From a virus (lineage: Duplodnaviria > Caudoviricetes): a stretch of DNA of 62,469 nt. The notes under the pieces were generated by a model, which saw nothing but the letters and a program-made list of their open reading frames with translations, searched no databases and was not told the DNA's origin. Shown one piece after another: positions 17,312-28,545 of the stretch. A program made the position numbers and the translations under genes. The stretch's first letter is position 1, and each line of letters opens with the position of its first letter. Location of the stretch: the IMG/VR virus record IMGVR_UViG_3300035101_000006, positions 1 through 62,469 of that record; one strand, written 5' to 3'.

Positions 17312-17620
17312 TTACAGGCCGACGGCTTGCATAATGAACGCAGTAATGATGGCGACGGCAACACCGGCGACGGCACCGCTGACAGCGCCATAGGTTGCCA
17401 GCCGGGTCTTGATGACGGCTATATCCTGGCGTAACTCGTTGACGGCGGTTGTCAACTCTTTCACGTCGTCGCGCAGTTCTTTCAAGACAGCAACGTCGGT
17501 GCATAGGTCATTCAGCTTGACCGCCGTGTCAAGCAGGTTTTTCGATAGGCTGTCTATGTCCGACAGTACCTTGCGCTTCCACTCCGCCCAGCCGTTGCCC
17601 TTGCCATCATCTACGCTCAT
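17312..17620 (-). CDS. Coiled-coil plus C-terminal TM protein (holin/XhlA-like)
   Basis: Heptads followed by a hydrophobic C-terminus; end of the tail module. Confidence 0.55.
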   Translation of the reverse strand: MSVDDGKGNGWAEWKRKVLSDIDSLSKNLLDTAVKLNDLCTDVAVLKELRDDVKELTTAVNELRQDIAVIKTRLATYGAVSGAVAGVAVAIITAFIMQAVGL

Positions 17621-17621
17621 T

Positions 17622-18110
17622 TTATCCCCTCGCTATTCTCGATGCCAGCAGCGCAGTTGCAGCGCAGGCAACGGCTTGGTCATACTGGCGATACATCACG
17701 CCGGCCAGCACGATTAGGCCGATAGTCGCAGCCACAAAAAGCCGCTTGTGTTGGTGGATGCCGAACCGCCCCAGGCAGACGATGCCCAGCAGCGGGATAT
17801 ACAGCACCCACGGGAACTCGGTGGAACCATTCGCAATGTCCAATACAAGCATCCCGGCGATAGCGCCGAACCCGCACCAGGCGTAGAATATCAGCCCGGT
17901 TGCGGCGTCGATGTAGTTTGCAATGACGAGCGCCAGGACGCACAGCACCAGCAGGCCGCAGGCGATGGCGACGTATCCGGTGGTGATGCCCGACCACTGG
18001 CCGCTGAGATAGAACGCGGGGTAGCTGGCCAGGATCGCCAGCAGCGCGGCGGCATTGCCCCACAGCACGCGGGTTATATTCTGGTCTGCCGCTACTTGCC
18101 GTTCAACCAC
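17622..18110 (-). CDS. Multi-TM membrane protein
   Basis: About five hydrophobic segments. Confidence 0.55.
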   Translation of the reverse strand: MVERQVAADQNITRVLWGNAAALLAILASYPAFYLSGQWSGITTGYVAIACGLLVLCVLALVIANYIDAATGLIFYAWCGFGAIAGMLVLDIANGSTEFPWVLYIPLLGIVCLGRFGIHQHKRLFVAATIGLIVLAGVMYRQYDQAVACAATALLASRIARG

Positions 18111-18370
18111 GGAGACTCTGCCTGTGGTATTGAGCCATCAGCGCGCCCCTTGTCGTATGCAGCCCAATATGCAAGCAGGGCATCTCGTGTGGGCGCATAT
18201 TCTAGCACGCCCTTTATGGTTGCGCGCTGCGCGTCTGTTAAATCATCAGAGCCACAACCGGCGGCGATGGCGTCAATATCGCCTGTCGCCAATACCCTCT
18301 CTAATACGCCTCGATGCAAAACTGCCTCAGAGGCTACATAACGGATAGAATAGAAAGTTTGCTCTGTCAT
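18092..18370 (-). CDS. Hypothetical protein
   Basis: 92 aa with GGAGG SD. Confidence 0.55.
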   Translation of the reverse strand: MTEQTFYSIRYVASEAVLHRGVLERVLATGDIDAIAAGCGSDDLTDAQRATIKGVLEYAPTRDALLAYWAAYDKGRADGSIPQAESPWLNGK

Positions 18371-18384
18371 TTTATCAAGTCCTC

Positions 18385-19221
18385 CTATACAGTTATATAA
18401 AACCAGCGCGTCATATGAAACAGGCGCGCGGCGTGTGCATCTGCGCCCTGGTAGGTCAAGCCGCCATAGCGGGTATTTCCGACACTGATAAGATAGCGGA
18501 AGTAGTCTGCCGGATCTCCGCTCGCACCCATTGTCAGCGCCGCGCCGCCGTCGAAAACAGATGCGCTGACGCCAACGGCTAATTCATCCATTGTCAGCGC
18601 AGCGTCTGTCGGTGCTCCGACATAGATACGCTGGCGCGACCCTGGCTGAAAATATCCAGCTACAAAGTACCATTCATTTATCGCCTCGGCATACGTGCTC
18701 GTGACGTGAACATCTGCAGCCACAAGCCCGGTAGCGTTTGTGGTGAACCGGAACGCCCCGGCGGCCGTGGAATACCACAGCTTCCAACTGCGCCAGTTGC
18801 CGCCGGTCGTATCCCATTTCCCGATGATGGTTTGATTCGCGGCAAGCGTTGCTAGTCTTACCCACCGCCAGGTGAATATATAGTTTGCGCCAGCCTCTTG
18901 CCACGCGGCGTCGGCGATTGAATAATACTCTGTCGCGCCGTCCAGGTCAACGTATGGTGCGCCCCGTCTATACGCACCGTAATCTGTAAGCCCGATGTTG
19001 ACCGTGGTCCATACCGGCGCGGCCTCTCCATACGCCTGCCTGCTATCGGCAAGCCAGCCCTCAATTAAGTTTCCACCGCTTGTATATGTCGGGTTTGCCC
19101 CTCTATGTGTTGCCAGCACAGCAGACACGAGGCGCGCGCCATCGGACACAAACTCTTCGCGCGTCGTCAGCGAACCATATAGCAACTGCTCCATCTGTGC
19201 GTTTCGTATCTGTGTCGGCAT
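18385..19221 (-). CDS. LamG/concanavalin-like tail protein
   Basis: LDGATEYY, IIGKW, EWYFVAG motifs. Confidence 0.7.
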   Translation of the reverse strand: MPTQIRNAQMEQLLYGSLTTREEFVSDGARLVSAVLATHRGANPTYTSGGNLIEGWLADSRQAYGEAAPVWTTVNIGLTDYGAYRRGAPYVDLDGATEYYSIADAAWQEAGANYIFTWRWVRLATLAANQTIIGKWDTTGGNWRSWKLWYSTAAGAFRFTTNATGLVAADVHVTSTYAEAINEWYFVAGYFQPGSRQRIYVGAPTDAALTMDELAVGVSASVFDGGAALTMGASGDPADYFRYLISVGNTRYGGLTYQGADAHAARLFHMTRWFYITV

Positions 19222-20429
19222 TACATCCCCCCCAGCCCCTTTTTTGCCAGGAGCTGCGGCAGGCTACCGTATCGCTCGCCGTTTAGCTCAACCTGATATG
19301 GCGCGGTGAAAGTCACGCTCTCGATTAGGAACACGCGCGGGTCAGCGCGCAGGTCTATCGGCGGCGGGTGGTATCCTGCCAGGAAGTCGGGCATAAATAC
19401 CCACTGCCCCGGCCGCACGTCCCAGGGTGGAATCGTCACGCTTCCTCCGTGTGCGTCTATGGCCTGCAACACATCGGCGATGCGATGCCGATAAAGTATG
19501 TTTATCGGTTCTGTCCAGTAATGCACCGTCCTGTCCTCATAAACCCCGAAAAAAGTGCGCTGATCTGTCGCCGTCCCGATAGCCACGCACTCCTGTATCA
19601 CGTTCCAGGCGGTTTTGTTGTCGTCGCTTATCGCTGCGATCAGAAAAGCATTGTCCTCGATGTAGTCGTGGTTTCTAGGGAAAAGCCAGTTGGGGTCTGT
19701 TTCAAGCGCATACCTTATCTTTGTACTAATGCCGACGGCCCCCGCTATGGCTATGTCACTGATAAACGTATCCAGCCGATAGCCATACCCCACACACTCA
19801 AGCGTGATAGAGCCGGTTGCGCCAGTCCCCACGCTTATGCTTGTCGCGTCCTTCGGCCACGCCATATCGCGGAGCTGTGTGTCCCGTATCTGCTCTGCCT
19901 CGGCCTGTGTCGCCTCGCCACTTTGAATTACCTCCTCAAGGATGCCATATTTTAGTTGCGAATCCTCGTTCTCTGCCGCTATCGTTTCTGTTGGCGGCCC
20001 CTTGGCCGGCGGGTCTGCGCTGTAGTCTATTGGCGTGTAGATGACGACGCAGCGGTTTACTACGTCTAGCACAGGGCCGCTGTTTTTCGTGACTGAGCCG
20101 ATATTTGCAGAATAGGAATTGACAAACCCCTCCCACACCGTCCCGGTCTGCGCACTATACACTTCGATATGCCTGCTTAGCCCGTCGGCTATCCACGATT
20201 CGATGTATTCCTGCTCGCCCTCAAGCGTGATCGTCGCCGTGTCGAATCCGATCTCCGAGTTTATCGTGTGGCTGTAAGAACTGACGCGAAATTCTAGGCA
20301 ATCCTCTATGAGCTGCCCGCGCGGTAGATACGAACAGTCAACGGTAGATAAACCGAGATAACCCACGATGCGCGGGCGCCACACGCTAATACTAAGGCCA
20401 AGTGCTTGCAGCAGGCTCGGCGTCGTCAT
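19221..20429 (-). CDS. Minor tail / hub protein
   Basis: Position in the tail module; VWEGFV, SQLKYGILE, VRPGQW. Confidence 0.65.
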   Translation of the reverse strand: MTTPSLLQALGLSISVWRPRIVGYLGLSTVDCSYLPRGQLIEDCLEFRVSSYSHTINSEIGFDTATITLEGEQEYIESWIADGLSRHIEVYSAQTGTVWEGFVNSYSANIGSVTKNSGPVLDVVNRCVVIYTPIDYSADPPAKGPPTETIAAENEDSQLKYGILEEVIQSGEATQAEAEQIRDTQLRDMAWPKDATSISVGTGATGSITLECVGYGYRLDTFISDIAIAGAVGISTKIRYALETDPNWLFPRNHDYIEDNAFLIAAISDDNKTAWNVIQECVAIGTATDQRTFFGVYEDRTVHYWTEPINILYRHRIADVLQAIDAHGGSVTIPPWDVRPGQWVFMPDFLAGYHPPPIDLRADPRVFLIESVTFTAPYQVELNGERYGSLPQLLAKKGLGGM

Positions 20430-23400
20430 CTATTGCCCCGCATCGACAGGTAGCGCGCTACGTGTTCGGTCTTGACAGAGTGCAGGGCAAACGGATCAGA
20501 ACGCCAGTTCGGACACACGATCAAATACAGGTCGTTTGTGTCCCAGTCATCTTCCGCGCCACCCGTCAGCGTTCCGGTTATTTCGTAGTCATACCCTATA
20601 GACGTAATGACCGCGCTTGAGCCGTCCGTCAGATTGTAAACGATCATATCCGGTTTGACACCTGAACGCCAGAAATTCGCGTATCCGTCTTGCAATGTTG
20701 GGCTATTGTTTGCCCCCGTGTGATAGCCCTTGCACACGCCGGCAGCAGACAGGAAAAACAACTGCTGGTCTGCGTTGGCCTGCAATATCGCCGGACTCAA
20801 GCCCACGCGCTCATATATGCTGCGGATATATGCGCTTGCGTCTGCCGTGCGCACTGTGGCGCGGATGCTGCGCTTGGGGTACGTCACGCTGTCGGCGTCC
20901 AAAGAATACCCATTTGATACACCGCTGTCGGTTTCAAATGCCGCGTCTACAAAGTCGCCAACCCATTCATCGACCGGGACCAGGCACAGGTCATACATCG
21001 TAACTTGCAAGTTGTATGTTGCCTCGGACGCAATTTGCACGATGATATTAAACTCATTAGGCAACTCGTCTATGTTAAACGAGCCTGATACCGGCAAAGA
21101 AATTCTGCCAAAGTCGAGCAGTTGAAAGTCCTTGTAATGCTCTCCGTTTGCGTCTAGCCCGGTAAAGTGGCGGTACTCTGTCACCTTATAGACGCCACCA
21201 GATCCAGTCTGGAACAGCAGGCGCACGCGCACACCATCCTCGTCACCTGCAGGGGCGGCTGCGGGTTCTTCCAGTTGCGCGCGCATAAAGACGTGGAATG
21301 TGCCGTAATAGTCGCGCGCGATAGATGGCCCAAGCGTGACGGTAGCCACGTCTGCGTATATGTCCAGCGAGCCAGTGGGGGGCGTCGTGTGGCGGCAAGC
21401 AATCCCTGCAGGCGCGCGCGGGTCTGCAATGGTCGTCGTCCCTGTGCCATCCAGGACAATAACGCCTGTTGGGTTCTGGCTGTATGATGTGGCAACCACG
21501 CCGTCCTCTGCCAAGTTGATAAAGCTGGTAAATCCATCTCCGCGCGAAACGCCGCGCAGCCCGGCGATGATGCGGTTGTCCAGCAAGTCAAGCTCGTCTA
21601 CCGTTTCGTATCCATCCTCGTCTGAGCGGTTGTGCGTCTCAATCCGCAAGAGCGCGGGAACATCGCCGGCCACTTGTGCGTCGTCTATATCTACATCTGG
21701 CCAGGTGACGGTGTATACATCGCGGTGTTGTTGAATTGGAGACTGTAGCCACGTTCCAACGGCCGTTACCCTGGCGCGCACCCAAAGCGCAGTGACGCCA
21801 TTCACCGCATCCGTTGCCCAGTCATCGGGCGGAACCCAGGAAACAGAATTGACGCCCTGCCTATCGAACGGATCAAGTGCCATTGTGCCATCTTGCACAT
21901 TCAGCGTGTTCCACGCCGCGCCGCCCTGCGAATACTCCCACACTATCGTGATGGTTGCCCCGTTTAACTCTTGCAATATATCGAAAACCAACGAGCAGAA
22001 CGGGCCAAACTCGGACACGTTTGACGCAATGCCAAAGTATACAATGTCGCCAGCGACGAACGGCGATGGCAGCAAAAAGAATGGAAGTGTCGCCGGGAAA
22101 TGGCTTGTATACGCCGCGACGGTGCTGTTATAGACAAGTACATTTGATAGCTGGGCAATGTTTTTTTTATTCGCCACAAAGACTTCATCCAGGCAGGTTG
22201 CATCGCGCCCCACGTCCGTTGATTGTGACAAGATGTATATCTGTCCAAGCGCGCCGAGGTAGGCGAGTCCGTTGCCGGAATAGTTACCCACCATCCCCTC
22301 GCCGGGCGGCGCGGCTATCGTGTATATCGCCTTCCAATCAATTCCATCAGATGACTCGTAGATATTGCCGCCGCTCCCGCTCATAATATAGCTGCCGCTG
22401 GCAAGCTGCTGGATGTCGTTACCATACACGACGCCAAATACCGTATCGTCTGGTGTGACGCGCGCCCAGTTGATACCGTCAGATGTACGGTATAGTCGGG
22501 GACCGTCTAGCGTGCCGACAAGCTCGGATGCGAATAGATCATCTCCTATCTCTTGAAATACTGTAATGTAACTGAGGTTGTCGGTGATGAACACCTTTGT
22601 CCAGGTCGTTCCGTCCGTGCTGCGCCAGATGCTCCCGACATCAGACCCACTGCCACTCGACGTGTAAAGCGCATCCTCCCACACAAATAGTGCAATGCAC
22701 CCACCAAGCGGCGTTGAGAATACGCGCGTCCAGGTCGTGCCGCCGTCACTGCTGCGAAAAACTCCGCCGGTGACCGGACCACGAACAGCAGCATATAGAT
22801 AGCCGCCAAAATATGCAAGGCCGTTTTGATCGGCAAAGCTCGCCGCTCCGGCTCCGGTTATATCGTTGTTTCTGAGCGCCCAGTTGTTACCATCGTCTAC
22901 GCTGCGCCAGCATTCGGGCAGCGTGGTCCCGGTATCTGTGCCGATCAGATAAATGGTTGACCCGCCAACTTCAAGCATAGCCTGGCAATTCACATTTGGG
23001 GCAGGTGGAGCAGCGCACGCTGCCCACGGGGCGGTGCCGTCCAGCGAGCGCCATACATTGCTGCTTGCCTCGCACGCCACAAGAACGCCGCTGGTTGTTT
23101 CTATGATGTCGTGGACCTGCCCGACCGGGTTGGCGTCGTGGATTGCAAATAGTTCCTCGTATCTCCAATCTTCCTGCGTGCCACTCGCCTGCACGCAGTT
23201 GCACTCCACATCATCTTCGTCTGTGTAGTCACAATCACAATCCCACACCGCTTCAGTGATAGCTCCATCGTTGCTATTGCCCGAACGGTCATAGGTCGTC
23301 GCGCCCGCGCCTTCATAGATGACTTGCAGAACGACGCCAGCGTCAATGTTCGGCAGTTCACAGCGCGGCTCTGGCGTGAAGTCGCCGTCGGCGGGGTCGT

Positions 23401-25234
23401 AGGGGATGTCGTCGTGTACGCGCACCCATCCGATGTCGCCGTCGAATGTTCCAGATGCCCCGGCGTTATTGCCGATTATCAAATCATCGCCATTGTCAAC
23501 ACTATAGTTTCCGATGCTTACCTGCTGTGTGGGATAAGATGCAACCCAAACACCGTCTATCGCTAGATAAATTGTACGATTTGCTGGCAGGCCGCCGCCC
23601 GCTTCATCATACGTCATCAGGATGTGATGCCACTCACCGTCGGCGGTAAACTCATCCAAGCCGCTTGACGATATAGCATCCTGTGTCGCACAATCAACGT
23701 ATGACAATATTCCAACAGCAGAATCCACCAAGAGATGAAATCCACGCGTTGCTAGTGCATCACTGCCCTTGATAACAATACGGCCCTGATTGCCTTCACC
23801 ATACCCGTCTGCCCGTATCCACGCCTCGGCCGCCATCGGTCCGTTTCCTGCTATCGCGTTGTCTGGTAGGTCATCAATGCTGACCGCTGCTGCGACCGTT
23901 ACAAGGCTTGTCTCTCCATTGAACTCCAAATAGTTCGGCCAACAAGGATACACCGTGTTTTCATAGAGGCAATCGCAACCCCAAAGGACGGTAGTCAGCG
24001 TGCCATCGTTGTTGTGGCCTGAGTAGTCGTCGGTTTGCACTCCGCAGCCAGGCGAGTGTCTTAGGAGTAGTTGCGTCCCGGTGCTAGGATCTGGCGGAGT
24101 GCATCGCGGGTCGGGCGTGAAGTCGCCGCCAGCGGGGTCGTAGCGGATTGAGTCAGAGACGCGAACCCAGCCAATATCGCCATCAAATGCATGTCCTCCG
24201 ACAGAGTGATCACCAATCAATAAGTTACCTGCGGCATCTGTTGAATAGTTCCCAATGCTCACCTGTTGGGTCGGATAACTGGCAACCCAAACCCCATCAA
24301 TGGCAAGATAGATGGTCCTCGCTGCCGGAGTGTCAGCACCAGTCTCATCATAGCACATTAAGACGTGATGCCACAAACCATCGGCGGTAAACTCATCCAA
24401 GCCGCTATATGAAATTGCGTTTTGTGCTGCACAAAGGACATATCCAGCGAGTCCCTGTACACTGTCTAGTTGTAGAATCCATCCCCCCCCACGCTTCGAT
24501 ACAATATAGCCTTGACCTGTTTCTCCATATCCATTAGCCCGTATCCACCCATCTGCGGTCAATTGCCCTCGCCCTGCAACTGCATTATCTGGTATGTCGT
24601 CAAGGCTGGCATCACTCCCGCAATTGACGACAGAATCCGCGCCGTCAAATGTCAGATACGACGGATCGCACCCCGATTCTGTCCAGGTGATTGATTCGCT
24701 CTTTTCCTCCGGGCACGGCTGCCCAGGTGCAACGCTGCGCCAGAACGGTTCGCGCTCGATAACCAATCGCCAATCCTCAAACGCCGCCTGTCCCAGTTTG
24801 TTCCAGAAATAGTCTTGATTGCTGTATGGGTAGTTGTCAGCCTGCGCCCGGTAGTCCTCGATGAGTGAATAGCGCGCATTCGTCTCGCCCAGCCCCTGCG
24901 CCTTGATCCACACCGGCCCCGGAGTCCACGCTGTTGGAGAATATGAAGCCGCTTTCTCCAAGAGGCGGCGCAGTTCCTGCGTCTCACGCACAAGCATATC
25001 AGGCTCGAAGCTGCGCGCCTGGATTTCAAATGTCTCCATCGCATTTGCACGCTTGCGCACGCGCAACTTGCGCCCGTCTGCAAGCGGGCTGTCTGACCAG
25101 GTGCCGTCTCCCTTTATCTCAGACACGGCAGGCGTCCAGTCCGTGGCGAAGAACCCACTATGCGTATTTAGCAAATCAACCGTTGTGGTCCCATCTGTTA
25201 TTTGCAGTATCTGAAAGGCGGCACATCTCTGCAT
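20426..25234 (-). CDS. Large distal tail / receptor-binding protein with two LamG domains and a BNR beta-propeller
   Basis: Follows the tape measure; duplicated LamG; repeated RSxDGxTW Asp-boxes. Confidence 0.8.
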   Translation of the reverse strand: MQRCAAFQILQITDGTTTVDLLNTHSGFFATDWTPAVSEIKGDGTWSDSPLADGRKLRVRKRANAMETFEIQARSFEPDMLVRETQELRRLLEKAASYSPTAWTPGPVWIKAQGLGETNARYSLIEDYRAQADNYPYSNQDYFWNKLGQAAFEDWRLVIEREPFWRSVAPGQPCPEEKSESITWTESGCDPSYLTFDGADSVVNCGSDASLDDIPDNAVAGRGQLTADGWIRANGYGETGQGYIVSKRGGGWILQLDSVQGLAGYVLCAAQNAISYSGLDEFTADGLWHHVLMCYDETGADTPAARTIYLAIDGVWVASYPTQQVSIGNYSTDAAGNLLIGDHSVGGHAFDGDIGWVRVSDSIRYDPAGGDFTPDPRCTPPDPSTGTQLLLRHSPGCGVQTDDYSGHNNDGTLTTVLWGCDCLYENTVYPCWPNYLEFNGETSLVTVAAAVSIDDLPDNAIAGNGPMAAEAWIRADGYGEGNQGRIVIKGSDALATRGFHLLVDSAVGILSYVDCATQDAISSSGLDEFTADGEWHHILMTYDEAGGGLPANRTIYLAIDGVWVASYPTQQVSIGNYSVDNGDDLIIGNNAGASGTFDGDIGWVRVHDDIPYDPADGDFTPEPRCELPNIDAGVVLQVIYEGAGATTYDRSGNSNDGAITEAVWDCDCDYTDEDDVECNCVQASGTQEDWRYEELFAIHDANPVGQVHDIIETTSGVLVACEASSNVWRSLDGTAPWAACAAPPAPNVNCQAMLEVGGSTIYLIGTDTGTTLPECWRSVDDGNNWALRNNDITGAGAASFADQNGLAYFGGYLYAAVRGPVTGGVFRSSDGGTTWTRVFSTPLGGCIALFVWEDALYTSSGSGSDVGSIWRSTDGTTWTKVFITDNLSYITVFQEIGDDLFASELVGTLDGPRLYRTSDGINWARVTPDDTVFGVVYGNDIQQLASGSYIMSGSGGNIYESSDGIDWKAIYTIAAPPGEGMVGNYSGNGLAYLGALGQIYILSQSTDVGRDATCLDEVFVANKKNIAQLSNVLVYNSTVAAYTSHFPATLPFFLLPSPFVAGDIVYFGIASNVSEFGPFCSLVFDILQELNGATITIVWEYSQGGAAWNTLNVQDGTMALDPFDRQGVNSVSWVPPDDWATDAVNGVTALWVRARVTAVGTWLQSPIQQHRDVYTVTWPDVDIDDAQVAGDVPALLRIETHNRSDEDGYETVDELDLLDNRIIAGLRGVSRGDGFTSFINLAEDGVVATSYSQNPTGVIVLDGTGTTTIADPRAPAGIACRHTTPPTGSLDIYADVATVTLGPSIARDYYGTFHVFMRAQLEEPAAAPAGDEDGVRVRLLFQTGSGGVYKVTEYRHFTGLDANGEHYKDFQLLDFGRISLPVSGSFNIDELPNEFNIIVQIASEATYNLQVTMYDLCLVPVDEWVGDFVDAAFETDSGVSNGYSLDADSVTYPKRSIRATVRTADASAYIRSIYERVGLSPAILQANADQQLFFLSAAGVCKGYHTGANNSPTLQDGYANFWRSGVKPDMIVYNLTDGSSAVITSIGYDYEITGTLTGGAEDDWDTNDLYLIVCPNWRSDPFALHSVKTEHVARYLSMRGNR

Positions 25235-25237
25235 CTG

Positions 25238-28200
25238 CTATACCCCCTGAAGCGCCTTGCGTACCGCGCGGGTGGCGATGATCTCCACCGTCGCCACGTC
25301 AATTGGCGTGTTGAAGTAGTTTGGCCCGACGTTTGCCGTTCCCTGATAGCTGCGCGAGTTGTCGGTTGCCGCAGGCTGCCCCATCACAGGCCGCGCAGTC
25401 GTCACAGGAAATGCAGTGCTTACATCCCTGGTTAGCTCGCGCATCTTTGCCGCCAAGTCCGGCAGCGCGCGTGTCGCCCCCGTAATGCCTATCTCAAGCG
25501 GCGACGGGCTGTGGCCGATGAATGGGGCGGCGGCGGCGGCGCCCGCGTCGAACGTTTGGGTAAATTCGTGCCACGCCTTTGCCGCCTCTAGCACAACGCG
25601 GGCGACGGTTGTCACGCCCTCGATAATGCCGCCCGACCTCCAAAATATGTCTGCGATTTGCTCAAGCGCCCATATAAGCCCGCTTTCAGAATCCCCGAGA
25701 TATTTTAGGAATAGGGCAAGCGCGCCATCCCCTGTGAGGTATTCTGCCAGCTTCCCGGCGAGCTTCCACAGTGCAGCATAAACACTTTCGGTATCGCCGC
25801 CGATGAGGTCGCGTACAAATTCAAGCGTCGGTTTCAATGTCTCGTTTAGCACAGAATCAAACTCTTTCACCGCGCTCGGCATATTCGTTCTAAACCACAG
25901 TTGAACGGTGCCCCCCATCATCCGCACCGCATCTGGAATACTTATACCAAATATCCGCTCGAACACACCGCCATAGTAATTCATATAGAATTGGAGCAGG
26001 CCGCCTTCTTCTTCAACCTTTTCGCGGGCTGTCTGAATGGAAGATTTGAAATTTTCCCACGATAGATTGTCTATGATCGTCTGTATGTCTGCAATCATTC
26101 TATCGAACTTGGCGACCATTCCCTCTACCGGGGCGCCTTCTTCAATCCCTCCGAATATCATCGTCTGTATTCTGCCAAATGCCTCGACCAGCGGCTTGAA
26201 AATGTCAGCAAACTTCGCCTTCAACTGTTCCTTCATCGCGTCAATGGCTTCGCCTATCTTGCTGCTGATGTCCCACTTGCCACCGGCCCCGACGCCAGTC
26301 ATAATCTCGTTAAGAGACTTTCCAACGGACGCGGCAACGCCAGCCGCCCCTTCTTTCGTTCCCTTGAACAACTGCGCGAGATGGTCTACCAACTGCCGTT
26401 GCAGCGCGACCTGTTCCTGTAAATCGCCCGTGTCCTGTGCGGCCGCCGCCTTTTCCTGTGCCGCCGCTGCCTTTTCCTGCTCTGCTGCGCGCACCTCTGC
26501 CAGCTTTGCATCCAGTTCCTGCTGGGTTGCTCCCTCTCGTAGAAGTTGGTTATATTCGTGGACGGATTTTGCAACCTTTGTCTGCGCCGACTCATATTTC
26601 CTGTTTGCGTCATCCATCGCCTTCGTCGCCTTGGCGAGTTCAAATTCTGCGCGCGCCAATTTTGCCACCTCGACGCCAAAGATGCCCGCGCTCTTTGCGA
26701 TGCGGTCAAAGAACGTCTCGCCAATTCCGCCGCCAGCAGCGATGTCGCCGATTAGCGCCTTTGATAGCCCCGTCATTGCCTTTGGAGAAAGGAAGTTGCC
26801 GAGGGCGCTTTGCACGGTCTTTAGCACAGAGAAGTCGGCATCTGTGAACCCGCGCAAGTATTCAGCCATCGTCGCCGCGCCCCACTTGTCAATGTTCGGG
26901 GCGATGCGCGGTGGGGATCCGGGCGCCATCCAGAACGACAGCAGGCCACTGACGACGTTGGCCATTGCGTCGATTGCGTCGTAGGCTGCTGATACCATCC
27001 CCTCTGCCAGTGCAGCCACGATCTCAGCGCCCCACCGGAACATATCTTCGGCCGTTTGTCCTAATCCCCGGTTAAGCTCGTTTTCAATCCCCATAAGCAT
27101 CTTTGCCGTTTCTGCTATCGCCTTGCCGGGATTGAAAACGAGCATAAATATATTGCCAAGTTGCTTGTCAATGATGCTGATGATTGCCGGGAGGTTTGCG
27201 CTGATGTAGTTGAGTGCTGCTGAGAATCCATCGGCAACCAGGGAGGCGGCGGCACCAAGTTTGACGAGGATGGGATACAACGCGCCGCCCTCTTTCGTCG
27301 CTTCAGTCAGGGCATTGACGAACCCGCGAATGCCACTGCTGCTGTCGCCGATGACGGCAGAGAACGCGGGCAAGAACGCCTCCATCAACCCCGCCTTTAA
27401 CTCTGGCAACTCGCGCCCGGTGAATGAACGCAGGCGCTTTGTGGGAGACATCATCGCCGCGTCGTACACATCCATTATGTTCGCTGACTGTTCCAGAATG
27501 GCATTGACGCGCGCCTGCACTTCCTCCTGCTGCGTTAGCGCCTTAACATCTTTATTGAGTGAGTCTGCGTGCGTCTTTAGTGCCTTTTGATTGTCTACGG
27601 TGATTTGAAGCGCGGTAAGGCGCGCCGTGTTGCCCGTGACTATGGCGTCTGTAAGGCGCTCCATCGTTTCTGTTGAGTCCTCGTCGATGAGGATGCCCGT
27701 CGCCTGTGCAACTTTCACGAGGTCGCCGGCTTGTGCTAAGTCAATCTGGTTCCTTGCAAACTTCGCCGCCGCCTCGGCTGCTTTGTCGTAGCGTATTCCG
27801 GCCTCGTTTATCGTGTCTATGCCATCGCGGATCTCCTGCTCGCTCAACCCCATCGCGCGCCCGATGGCAAGCGCGGCCAGTCCTGCTTCCTCGAACCGCC
27901 CAGCCAGCATCAGCCCTTCTTGGCCGACTTGGACAAGAGTGGAGATGAATTGCTTGGCGAGATTTATTGCGCCCTGCATTACCTTTTGCAACGCCGTAAT
28001 CGCCGCCATTGCAACGCCCGCAGCAGCGCCAAGTGCAATTCCACCAGCAGCAGCGCCGCTTCCCCCTAATACGCTTGCCAATTTCAGAAATTCATTTGTG
28101 GTTCCTGCGACAAATCGACCGGTTTCTGTGTCTCTAAATCTTCCGGTCGTCTTATCATATTGAATTTCTGCCTTGCGCATATCAGACAGGAATTTTGCAA

Positions 28201-28243
28201 CACCTTCCGCTTTGAGTTCTACCGACTCAACCTGTTTGCCCAT
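25238..28243 (-). CDS. Tail tape measure protein
   Basis: 1001 aa, Ala-rich helical, PGSPP and HSPS motifs, follows the chaperones. Confidence 0.85.
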   Translation of the reverse strand: MGKQVESVELKAEGVAKFLSDMRKAEIQYDKTTGRFRDTETGRFVAGTTNEFLKLASVLGGSGAAAGGIALGAAAGVAMAAITALQKVMQGAINLAKQFISTLVQVGQEGLMLAGRFEEAGLAALAIGRAMGLSEQEIRDGIDTINEAGIRYDKAAEAAAKFARNQIDLAQAGDLVKVAQATGILIDEDSTETMERLTDAIVTGNTARLTALQITVDNQKALKTHADSLNKDVKALTQQEEVQARVNAILEQSANIMDVYDAAMMSPTKRLRSFTGRELPELKAGLMEAFLPAFSAVIGDSSSGIRGFVNALTEATKEGGALYPILVKLGAAASLVADGFSAALNYISANLPAIISIIDKQLGNIFMLVFNPGKAIAETAKMLMGIENELNRGLGQTAEDMFRWGAEIVAALAEGMVSAAYDAIDAMANVVSGLLSFWMAPGSPPRIAPNIDKWGAATMAEYLRGFTDADFSVLKTVQSALGNFLSPKAMTGLSKALIGDIAAGGGIGETFFDRIAKSAGIFGVEVAKLARAEFELAKATKAMDDANRKYESAQTKVAKSVHEYNQLLREGATQQELDAKLAEVRAAEQEKAAAAQEKAAAAQDTGDLQEQVALQRQLVDHLAQLFKGTKEGAAGVAASVGKSLNEIMTGVGAGGKWDISSKIGEAIDAMKEQLKAKFADIFKPLVEAFGRIQTMIFGGIEEGAPVEGMVAKFDRMIADIQTIIDNLSWENFKSSIQTAREKVEEEGGLLQFYMNYYGGVFERIFGISIPDAVRMMGGTVQLWFRTNMPSAVKEFDSVLNETLKPTLEFVRDLIGGDTESVYAALWKLAGKLAEYLTGDGALALFLKYLGDSESGLIWALEQIADIFWRSGGIIEGVTTVARVVLEAAKAWHEFTQTFDAGAAAAAPFIGHSPSPLEIGITGATRALPDLAAKMRELTRDVSTAFPVTTARPVMGQPAATDNSRSYQGTANVGPNYFNTPIDVATVEIIATRAVRKALQGV

Positions 28244-28545
28244 CTTGTCTCCGCTCGTATATGCGCAGCCGATTTAGCGCCCTTTTTTTGTCATCGTCGG
28301 ACAGCATTGACCACGCATCCATCGTGTTCGTGGCCGAAAACTCTGCAATCGCCTCGTATTGCGCCGGCAGGCTCATCCCTCGCCAGTCATCTAGCGTCCA
28401 TCCGCGCGCCGCCCGCAATTGGGCCAGCATATACTCACTGCTGCTCCACCATCGCTTCTTCTTCTCCAGGCTCATCGCCAGCCGCAGCTTCTTCAGTGGT
28501 ATCGCCGTCTCCGGTGTCCTCCCCCACGCCGGAACGAAAAAACTC
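28227..28545 (-). CDS. Tail assembly chaperone C-terminal frame (gpT-like, probably reached by frameshift)
   Basis: +1 frame opens just before the TTT TTT CGT site and runs to the tape measure start. Confidence 0.5.
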
